14,641 bases of DNA. It comes from an uncultured Methanosarcinales archaeon. Lineage in GTDB: Archaea > Nanobdellota > Nanobdellia > Woesearchaeales > CAZYIM01. The translations under genes and the position numbers were made by a program. Location: contig CAZYIM010000051.1 in NCBI GenBank assembly GCA_964647565.1, positions 1 to 14,641 of the forward strand, in the 5' to 3' direction. Positions 1 through 7,066 of this stretch are shown one piece after another. Under the pieces are notes generated by a model, which was not told the DNA's origin, made no database searches, and saw nothing but the letters and a program-made list of their open reading frames with translations. Each line of letters begins with the position of its first letter. Position 1 is the stretch's first letter.

Positions 1-1317
1 ATTTTAGATGTAAGCCAGGAAGACTTGCCCTATTCAAAACAACTGGTGTTCGAGGGAGAAGAAACATTAAGCTTTGGCGATTATGAGATAAAACTGCTTG
101 ATTACTCAACATCTCAAGCCACTTTCATTGTATATAAGGAAGATACTCCTGATCCGCTAATCAAAACCTATCTGAATCAGAAGTTCAGGATCAATGAAGG
201 CCAGCAGGCAAGAGTTGTGGATTATAAAAATATGGACATCAAACTGCTCGAAGTAGGTTACCAAGGACCCCCTTGTAGGCAGGGAGAACCCTGCTTAACA
301 ATTGCGTACCCCTATGTAAAACTACAGGTCAGTATACCAGTAGGAAGCGCATATACAGCCAAGATAATTGAGTTAAGGGAAGGAGAAATTGAGGAAGTTT
401 TTGACGCTGAAATTGAAGCTATGGATATATATGCAGATGCAAAAAGAGCTACCCTAATTGTAAGAAAGGGGGATGAAGAAATCCGGATTGTGCATCTGAA
501 TGAAAGATTCAAGATAAAAGAAGAAAATAAGGTGCATTTGGAGCCTCATGATATAATCATGACATTGCACGATATCTCATATACAGAAATATGCAGCGTA
601 AACATGGTACCGTTACCTGAAACAGATACAGAATCTGATATATTGCCTCACCCACCAATCTGCAGAAAGTATGCAACGGCCACAGTATCTCTGGAGAAGA
701 GGTTTACATACAAATCAGATGTCATAGATACAACTACATCCGAGGTTTCAGAGACAGCGGCATCTGTCAGTGGTGGAGGTGGCGCCGGCGGAGTTGGTAC
801 TGAATTCAAGATAAAGGAGGGTTCCTTCCACAATGCATTTGATGTCAGCCTGGTATTTGTCAAATACGACGAAGATTATGAGACTGCAATATTCATGTTT
901 GTTAAAAATCAGGATATACCAATAGTAGTTGAGGAAGAAGTCAGTATAGAGCTGCCCAAAGAAGAAGTCACGGATATTGAAGATAAAACAGAAGTAGTTC
1001 CCAGCGTTATTATTCAGAGCAGCGACGAGGGTATTGAAGTTATCAAGAACACAGAGAGCTGTGATGGCTGCCTAAAAGAAAGTGCTTGTCTTGGTATTGG
1101 TCTAAGAACCAAGGCAGATAACGGCACTGCTGTCTTCTGTGATCTTGACAAAACCTTCAGACCCCAGAAAGAAGAAGGCAATAGCTGTCAAAATAATTTC
1201 GAATGTAAGACCAACACTTGCAGCTCTGCTGTTTGTGTTGACCTCCAAAAGCAGCTGGATGAACAAAGAGGCCTGTTAGAAAAAATCCTAGATTTCCTTG
1301 GGAACATCTTTGGATAA
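1..1317 (+). CDS. 5'-truncated hypothetical, probably exported/surface protein with ~107-aa tandem repeats and a C-terminal Cys-rich domain
   Basis: Frame is open from base 1 (ATT TTA GAT GTA AGC CAG GAA GAC TTG), so the TTG at 25 is probably not the real start. Internal repeats (ATFIVYK..YLNQKFRINEG vs ATLIVRK..HLNERFKIKEE), a Ser/Thr/Gly linker, an 8-Cys C-terminal domain (CDGC..C..FC..CQNNFECKTNTCSSAVC) and an amphipathic tail (LLEKILDFLGNIFG). Confidence 0.75.
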   Translation: MLDVSQEDLPYSKQLVFEGEETLSFGDYEIKLLDYSTSQATFIVYKEDTPDPLIKTYLNQKFRINEGQQARVVDYKNMDIKLLEVGYQGPPCRQGEPCLTIAYPYVKLQVSIPVGSAYTAKIIELREGEIEEVFDAEIEAMDIYADAKRATLIVRKGDEEIRIVHLNERFKIKEENKVHLEPHDIIMTLHDISYTEICSVNMVPLPETDTESDILPHPPICRKYATATVSLEKRFTYKSDVIDTTTSEVSETAASVSGGGGAGGVGTEFKIKEGSFHNAFDVSLVFVKYDEDYETAIFMFVKNQDIPIVVEEEVSIELPKEEVTDIEDKTEVVPSVIIQSSDEGIEVIKNTESCDGCLKESACLGIGLRTKADNGTAVFCDLDKTFRPQKEEGNSCQNNFECKTNTCSSAVCVDLQKQLDEQRGLLEKILDFLGNIFG

Positions 1318-1382
1318 CCGGAATTTGCTATTTGAAATGTAAATTCTGGGAATTGAAAATTCGTTTTTATAGAATTTTCAAT
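1318..1382. repeat. Two adjacent inverted repeats
   Basis: CCGGAATTTGC(1318-1328)/GTAAATTCTGG(1339-1349) with two G-T pairs; perfect 11-bp ATTGAAAATTC(1352-1362)/GAATTTTCAAT(1372-1382). Confidence 0.75.
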
Positions 1383-1425
1383 GAATAACACACCCCTAAC
1401 ACCTTTTTGCCGAGATTAATTGGCG

Positions 1426-1469
1426 CCCAAAGACCAGTACTAGCGGTTTTTGGGTTTTTTTATTTTTTT
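1426..1469 (+). terminator. Hairpin followed by T-tracts, probable terminator of the first CDS
   Basis: CCCAAAGACC-9 nt-GGTTTTTGGG stem immediately followed by T7-A-T7, between convergent genes. Confidence 0.6.
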
Positions 1470-1475
1470 AATTTA

Positions 1476-2129
1476 TTAGAATTCTCCCAATCTTTTCTGG
1501 CCACCTAAAGCTTTACAAGCTCTCCAGGTTGCCCAACTCTTCCGGTAATACTTTTGGTATTCTTTATTGTCCCAGTTCTGCTCAAGAAAATCCCGCGTCT
1601 TTGGATCCGAGCTGTAGCCACTACCAAAATCCACATTGAGCTTTTTCTTGATCTTTTCAATCTCTCTGTCTCGAGTGACTTTAGCAAGTACTGACGCTGC
1701 TGAAACCGCAGGATAAAGTTGGTCCGCCTTGTGGGCCACAATCAATTCTGCCTTGTAGTTTATTCGTTTCTCCATATATCTTTTAAATGCCTCAAGATTG
1801 GTGCTTGGACAGTCAAGGAACACCTTGTCTGGTTTAAGCTTGTTGATCAGCTTAGCTGCATAGTCAGCTTCTAACCAATTCAAGTTGGTCTCTTCAGAAA
1901 GTACAGCATTATCAATCTCTCCAGCAGGTACAATAATGACCTCGTTTTTGGAGACCTCTTGGATCACATCAAAAAGCTGCTCCCTTTGCTTGGGAGTCAA
2001 TTCTTTAGAGTCTTTCACTCCAAAAGCCTGGAGTTGAAATTCATCTTCTTTAGAAATAGAAACTATGGCCATGACCATAGGACCTATCACAGGACCTCTT
2101 CCAGCTTCGTCCACCCCCGCAATGAACAT
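1476..2129 (-). CDS. rnhB: Ribonuclease HII
   Basis: Motifs GVDEAGRGPVIGPMV, GVKDSKEL, HKAD..YPAVSAASVLAKVTRD, GSGY.SD; C-terminal PIP-box-like QKRLGEF as in archaeal RNase HII. Start moved from TTG 2177 to ATG 2129 (MFIAGVDEAG), which sits ~21 nt downstream of a TATA element. Confidence 0.97.
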   Translation of the reverse strand: MFIAGVDEAGRGPVIGPMVMAIVSISKEDEFQLQAFGVKDSKELTPKQREQLFDVIQEVSKNEVIIVPAGEIDNAVLSEETNLNWLEADYAAKLINKLKPDKVFLDCPSTNLEAFKRYMEKRINYKAELIVAHKADQLYPAVSAASVLAKVTRDREIEKIKKKLNVDFGSGYSSDPKTRDFLEQNWDNKEYQKYYRKSWATWRACKALGGQKRLGEF

Positions 2130-2150
2130 GAAATCTTGAAAGTGGAAGCA

Positions 2151-2159
2151 ATTTATATA
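2151..2159 (-). promoter_or_regulatory. TATA box for a probably leaderless rnhB transcript
   Basis: TATATAAAT on the minus strand, 21 nt before ATG 2129; no SD motif. Confidence 0.55.
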
Positions 2160-2238
2160 GTTTATTCTTTTTGACAAATGTTTATAACTACTGTAGAATA
2201 GAAAAGATTAAATAAAAGTGGGTTATTAAAAAAAGAAA

Positions 2239-3795
2239 ATGGATGATATTCTGAAGATATTAGAAGAAAGGATCAAAACCTGTATGAGTATACAACAGGA
2301 AAAGAATTTTCAAGGAGTAATTCACAAATTCAAACCAGCACATATAGAAATGTGTCATAAAAGCCACACAACCAAGAGCATATCTGCTTTTAACGGAGGC
2401 ATCACCCAGGAATTCATCGACCAACCAGTAAAAGCCGCAGGAATACGTGTGGGCGTGGGAATGGGCGACACTGAAAATGGCCTTGGTTTTTCACATAGTT
2501 ATGAAGACAGTTTACCCTTAAAGCCTGAGTTCATGAATAAATCATTGGCAGAACCAATAGACTTTGCACTCAAAGACTCATTCAAAACCTACTTCGATAT
2601 CCACAGCAATCAAATCCATTATAGCGATGAATTTTTTGATCGTCTCTCAAAAGAACCACCTCAAGTTTCTATTGAAGGAGAACAAGATGTCCCTGTTAAC
2701 GGCGAATTAAAGGAATTTATAAGAAAAATATCCGAAGAATTTTCTAGCCTGTCTTTCACACATAATTCAACAGCACTCTTTAAATCAGATATAACCTGCA
2801 TGAGGTATATTAATTCAGAAGGCTCAAAAATAAGAACATATCATGCTACCAATATAATAGGCATTAATGTGAATATTTGTGCTGAAGATGATGGTAGGAT
2901 TATTGAATATAATGATTATGTTTATTTTAATTCAGATATGAGCAATTTCAATCCTGAAAAAATAAAAAAGAAGATAACCTATATTAAAAAAATCTTAAAT
3001 AAATTATACAAATCAAGGGTCCAGCCATCTGGAAGCTATCCCGTCATTTTATCGCCTCGAGGAACAGGACATTTTTTTCATGAAAATATTGCAGCACATC
3101 TCCTATCTGCGAGGTATATCATAGAAAATGTAAGCACCGCCTATCGGGATAAAATGGGTGAACAAATCCTGCCAGAAGATTTAACCATTATTAATGATCC
3201 AACAAAACCAGGTAATGGACACTACACTTTTGATGAAGAAGGGGTACCCAGCCAACGTATTGTTCTTGTTGAAGATGGAATTCTTAAGAATTATCTTCAT
3301 ACCCGAATAACAGCAGGGCATATGGGCGTAAAGTCCAATGGCTGTGCACGATCGGGCTGTGTTTGCACACCACCCGAGCCAAGAATAGCAAATTTAGAGA
3401 TCAATGCAAAAGATAGATTATCAATGGATGAACTAATCCATACAATGCTGGTCAATTGCGAATCAAAGGGATTGGAATATGGTCTTTTAGTAGACACAGC
3501 AGGCGGCGAGGTTGATCCAAAATCTACTAGTTTCAAAATGTTTCCAAGAACTATTTGGCGGATATATCCAGACTATAAAAGGGAATTGGTTTCATCCGCA
3601 TATCTTATTGGAGACTCATTTGGTGCTGCAAGCAAAATCGCAGCATTCGGTGGCGATATTGAAAAAAGTCAGGGTTTGTGTGGCGCAGAGTCAGGAACAG
3701 TAAGAATAGAACAGTACAGCCCTTCATCCTTGGTCATTGGTTGCTCTGTTCAGCAGGAAGCCAGTGATAAACCAACACAAATGTTAACAGATTAA
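2239..3795 (+). CDS. TldD/PmbA family metalloprotease (TldD-like)
   Basis: YINSEGSKI, GSYPVIL...FFHENIAAH, LTIINDPT..G.YTFDEEGV....LVEDGILKNYL, SNG.AR, P.PRIANL and C-terminal GLCGAESG match TldD motifs. Confidence 0.9.
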   Translation: MDDILKILEERIKTCMSIQQEKNFQGVIHKFKPAHIEMCHKSHTTKSISAFNGGITQEFIDQPVKAAGIRVGVGMGDTENGLGFSHSYEDSLPLKPEFMNKSLAEPIDFALKDSFKTYFDIHSNQIHYSDEFFDRLSKEPPQVSIEGEQDVPVNGELKEFIRKISEEFSSLSFTHNSTALFKSDITCMRYINSEGSKIRTYHATNIIGINVNICAEDDGRIIEYNDYVYFNSDMSNFNPEKIKKKITYIKKILNKLYKSRVQPSGSYPVILSPRGTGHFFHENIAAHLLSARYIIENVSTAYRDKMGEQILPEDLTIINDPTKPGNGHYTFDEEGVPSQRIVLVEDGILKNYLHTRITAGHMGVKSNGCARSGCVCTPPEPRIANLEINAKDRLSMDELIHTMLVNCESKGLEYGLLVDTAGGEVDPKSTSFKMFPRTIWRIYPDYKRELVSSAYLIGDSFGAASKIAAFGGDIEKSQGLCGAESGTVRIEQYSPSSLVIGCSVQQEASDKPTQMLTD

Positions 3796-3932
3796 TTCTG
3801 TCATTTCTGTATTTTAACATTTTTCAATAAATAGTGCTAAATAGATAAATGTATAATATTCTAACAGATAAATTATACAGAATAGAAAAATATTTAAAGA
3901 ATAGTATAATTTGTATAATTAAATAATCAAAG

Positions 3933-3998
3933 TTAATGGCTCTCTGGATTATCATCCCCCAAAGAATGTTATCTTTCTGATTCTCTGGGAGCCATTAA
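3933..3998. repeat. Stem-loop directly upstream of the Lrp/AsnC gene
   Basis: 12-bp stem TTAATGGCTCTC(3933-3944)/GGGAGCCATTAA(3987-3998) with one G-T pair, enclosing an inner AAAGA/TCTTT hairpin. Confidence 0.65.
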
Positions 3999-4008
3999 TT
4001 TTCCTCCT

Positions 4009-4419
4009 ATGAATATCGACAGCAAAGACATGCAGATAATTGAAGAGCTCAGAAAGGACGCTAGAGTTTCTATAAGGGATATTGCCAATAACATAGGCAT
4101 GAAACATCCAACAGTACACAAACGAGTCCAAAAACTGATAAAAAATAAAACCATTAAACACTTCACAATACGCGTGGATAAGGACTCGATCGGCGAAGGA
4201 TTTGTGGTGCTCGTTCTATTAAACAGAGGAAAACTTGAATTTGTTGATAAGGAGATAAAAGAAATCCACACAGTTTCAGGAGAGTATGATACCCTGTTGA
4301 AGCTACGATTCAAGGATGTAGATGAGTACAACAATTTCATAAAGAAGTTCAAAGAAAAACATCAATTAAAAAAAATAAAAACAATAATAGCCACCAAGAC
4401 AGAGAAAGAGATTATCTGA
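4009..4419 (+). CDS. Lrp/AsnC family transcriptional regulator
   Basis: N-terminal HTH (IDSKDMQIIEELRKDARVSIRDIANNIGMKHPTVHKRVQKL) and C-terminal RAM-like HTVSGEYDTLLKL. Confidence 0.93.
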   Translation: MNIDSKDMQIIEELRKDARVSIRDIANNIGMKHPTVHKRVQKLIKNKTIKHFTIRVDKDSIGEGFVVLVLLNRGKLEFVDKEIKEIHTVSGEYDTLLKLRFKDVDEYNNFIKKFKEKHQLKKIKTIIATKTEKEII

Positions 4420-4462
4420 GGATTCTTACCTCGCCCTTTTTGGCATCCACACCCCTCACATC
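4412..4462 (-). pseudogene. Possible remnant 3' end of a PEP-utilizer mobile-domain gene
   Basis: Minus strand reads DVRGVDAKKGEVRILR*, matching the C-terminus of the 7067-10066 protein (DKVEVDAENGVVRKL); no ATG, and an in-frame stop ~30 codons upstream. Confidence 0.45.
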
Positions 4463-4490
4463 TTCTGAAGAACCAAAATCCTGGTTAAAA

Positions 4491-5258
4491 CTAGTTATTT
4501 GAAATTATTTCCCTTAAAAAAAACGAATAATCCTTAAATTTTAGACCCCTAAGGTTTAATGCATTTTGTACTTCTTTTTTTGTAAATTTTAGAGAATATG
4601 GTTTTAACTTCCTAATATTGTTTATTGCAATCATTAAGTCCTCATCACAAAGAGAGAAGTATTTTTTTGCAATACTCAAAGTTAGCTCATCATTTTCATA
4701 GAATACATCAATCCCTTTTCTTAGCGCTTTTAGAAAGTCAGGTTGTTTTTTCTTCGACGTGAAACCTGTAAACGCAAAACCTTCATCCGATAAGGTTAAT
4801 ATTGTTCTTGCCCTGTTTCTTGTTGCTTGGGCATAGTTAGGTTCCAATATTATTGCAACATCTGCTTCTTGAGTTAATAAAGGACCTAGTTCTGTATTGA
4901 ACGGAGTTTCTATCAACGTCAGATCATACTGTCTTGCCAATCTTTCTGACAACATATAGGAAGTTGAGGGTTTGGGATATGTCACCATTGTTTTTCCTTG
5001 AAGATTATCGAAAAACTGATTAAAGGTTATAACATTTAGCAAGGGTTTATTAATGAAGGCTGCAAATAATTTTGTTTGCCCATAATCAACAGTGCCAAAC
5101 ATCAGGGGATCACCTACTGAGATGTCTGCTCTCCCTTCTTTTACTGCCTCTATAACTTTATCATCGTTTCCACAGTTAATTAATTCAAATCCAAGCTCTT
5201 CTTTTGCAATATACAACGGAAGGTATATTAGTAGATTATCTGGTTGAGCAATTATCAT
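4491..5258 (-). CDS. Substrate-binding-protein fold (NMT1/THI5, SsuA/TauA-like), no signal peptide
   Basis: YLPLYIAKE, GNDDKVIEAVKEGRADI.VGDP, LQGKT, ADVAIILEP and FLKALRKG are typical of this family. Start placed at ATG 5258 because it forms an ATGA overlap with the upstream stop (ORF track gives 5267). Confidence 0.78.
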   Translation of the reverse strand: MIIAQPDNLLIYLPLYIAKEELGFELINCGNDDKVIEAVKEGRADISVGDPLMFGTVDYGQTKLFAAFINKPLLNVITFNQFFDNLQGKTMVTYPKPSTSYMLSERLARQYDLTLIETPFNTELGPLLTQEADVAIILEPNYAQATRNRARTILTLSDEGFAFTGFTSKKKQPDFLKALRKGIDVFYENDELTLSIAKKYFSLCDEDLMIAINNIRKLKPYSLKFTKKEVQNALNLRGLKFKDYSFFLREIISNN

Positions 5259-6157
5259 CGATACCACCCATATTTGTAAGTATTATTCACTTCGCAGACC
5301 GTGTGTTTTTGTATTATTTGTCTTAAATCAAATAAGAGTTGTCCAATTGTTTGTTTTAAATTCGAGATCGTTTCTAAAGCCACTATCACATCATAAGCTC
5401 CAGTAATATGACTAATTTCCAACACATTTTTCTGTAAATCACAATAGCTTGATAATCGGTTAAAATCCATGACCTTCAGAAAAACAAATGCTTTCTTAGT
5501 TATTTGATTTGACAATAACAAGTTATTCCCTAATATTAATTGATTATTTTTAATTGAATAACTGACTCTATCATAACTCTCCTTTAGTTTTTGACTTATT
5601 TCTAAGTTTGAGGAAAAAGGATTTTGCTGAAGCTCAACTAATATTTTTTTTAACAAAGAAGGCATTTCTTCAAACTGGTGAGTTTGTTGCAAGGTTATTT
5701 TCTTATCTGAACAATGTTCACCTAGATAATTATGAGAATATATTGTTGTCTTATAGTTTGTGGAAAAGTCTACATCAAAAGGAGCAATTTCCAGTAAAGA
5801 TTCCTTTATTTCATGAATCTCTGATTGATTTTTAATTATGAATGAACACAATATACTGTGTTCTCCTGTTATTGAGAATAACTTATAAGTTTCTTTTCTT
5901 TTGAACAAAAAATCTATGAAAGTCTTTTCTGTCAAGGGATCTATTATTGGAAACTTGATTAAAGCAGTTACTTCTTGAAATCCCTGCCTATAAAAATCAA
6001 CAAGTATCGGAATTTGTTTAATCACATGACGCTTTAACTGGTCAACCCGATACTTAACAAATTGCGGAGATCTATTTATTTGTTTTCCAATTTTTGTTAA
6101 CGATTGTCTACAATCATCCGATAATGCAAACAATATTATAAAATCAAACTTATCCAT
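5255..6157 (-). CDS. Tandem (two-unit) Lrp/AsnC family regulator
   Basis: Two HTH segments (MDKFDFIILFALSDDCRQSLTKIGKQINRSPQFVKYRV; KKILVELQQNPFSSNLEISQKLKESYDRVSY), each followed by a RAM-like segment (ITGEHSILC; ITGAYDVIV). Confidence 0.85.
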   Translation of the reverse strand: MDKFDFIILFALSDDCRQSLTKIGKQINRSPQFVKYRVDQLKRHVIKQIPILVDFYRQGFQEVTALIKFPIIDPLTEKTFIDFLFKRKETYKLFSITGEHSILCSFIIKNQSEIHEIKESLLEIAPFDVDFSTNYKTTIYSHNYLGEHCSDKKITLQQTHQFEEMPSLLKKILVELQQNPFSSNLEISQKLKESYDRVSYSIKNNQLILGNNLLLSNQITKKAFVFLKVMDFNRLSSYCDLQKNVLEISHITGAYDVIVALETISNLKQTIGQLLFDLRQIIQKHTVCEVNNTYKYGWYR

Positions 6158-6261
6158 GATATTAAATAATAGTATTTTATTTATAAATTTTACTGAATTT
6201 TAAAAGAATTCTGAAGAAAGTTTTAAATAGTTAAAAAGTTATTACTTATAAAAAGTTACAA
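6158..6261. promoter_or_regulatory. Divergent promoter region
   Basis: Very AT-rich; palindromic TTTATAAA (6180-6187) 22 nt from the minus-strand ATG 6157, and AAAGTTTTAAATA (~6217-6229) upstream of the plus-strand ATG 6262. Confidence 0.6.
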
Positions 6262-7056
6262 ATGAAAATGAAACTAAGAATTATTAGACATGGACCAAAA
6301 CAACCTGTTGAAAAACATGTATCCGGGATTGAATCAAAATTAGATGATAAAAAAGAGTATAAAATTAGACAATTTGCCAGATCGATTGCAAATCAAGGAG
6401 AAGTATTTCAGGTTGATAGTCCTGAAATGCAAAGAAACTATTCTACAGCAAAGATAATCGTAGATGAACTGCAAACTATTGGTAAAAATGTTCATGGTCC
6501 GAATATTGATAATAGAATCGCACCTTTTGCAGGAGAGGATGGAAATATAGTTTTTGTCTCAAGCGAAATGCCCTTAATATGGGGTGCCGCAGAAGCAGAT
6601 TTTCAAACAATTGAAGGCGTTGCAAAAGAAGATAGAGGAATGTATGCATGGTTATCCTACGGATTAGACAACAAATCAGACGGAATATCTCTAAGAGAAT
6701 CAGCATATAGAATAGGCGCATATATCTTTGACCAAATTCAAAAATACAATCAAGGAGGAACAGCAGATTTCTTTCTTGGAATATCAAATTCTGGATTCAT
6801 TGAGCCCCACTTATATCTTACATTAGATTTGATAGAAGGCAAAGAAATCGAACCAATTGAACGATTTCATAAGCTAGGAGGAGCAACTAAGCCGTTAGAA
6901 GGATTTCAGATTAATTACCAAAAGAAATCACCAACCGCAAACCTGATTCTTCCAGATAAAACAATAGTTCTCGTAGACATCGAAGTCTTCAGAGAACAAC
7001 TACAATGGTTAGATAAATATGGAATAACTAATGAGGTGATTAAAAATCGAACCTAA
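6262..7056 (+). CDS. Histidine phosphatase superfamily protein (phosphoglycerate mutase-like)
   Basis: N-terminal IIRHG motif, SPEMQRNYSTA (SP..R...TA) and a late strand FLGISNSGFI at the position of the usual SHGG motif. Confidence 0.75.
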   Translation: MKMKLRIIRHGPKQPVEKHVSGIESKLDDKKEYKIRQFARSIANQGEVFQVDSPEMQRNYSTAKIIVDELQTIGKNVHGPNIDNRIAPFAGEDGNIVFVSSEMPLIWGAAEADFQTIEGVAKEDRGMYAWLSYGLDNKSDGISLRESAYRIGAYIFDQIQKYNQGGTADFFLGISNSGFIEPHLYLTLDLIEGKEIEPIERFHKLGGATKPLEGFQINYQKKSPTANLILPDKTIVLVDIEVFREQLQWLDKYGITNEVIKNRT

Positions 7057-7066
7057 ATGGAAATTA

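Noticed and set aside
4491..5258. THI5-type HMP-P synthase
   Set aside because: The Cys cluster characteristic of THI5 is absent; only the general fold is supported.
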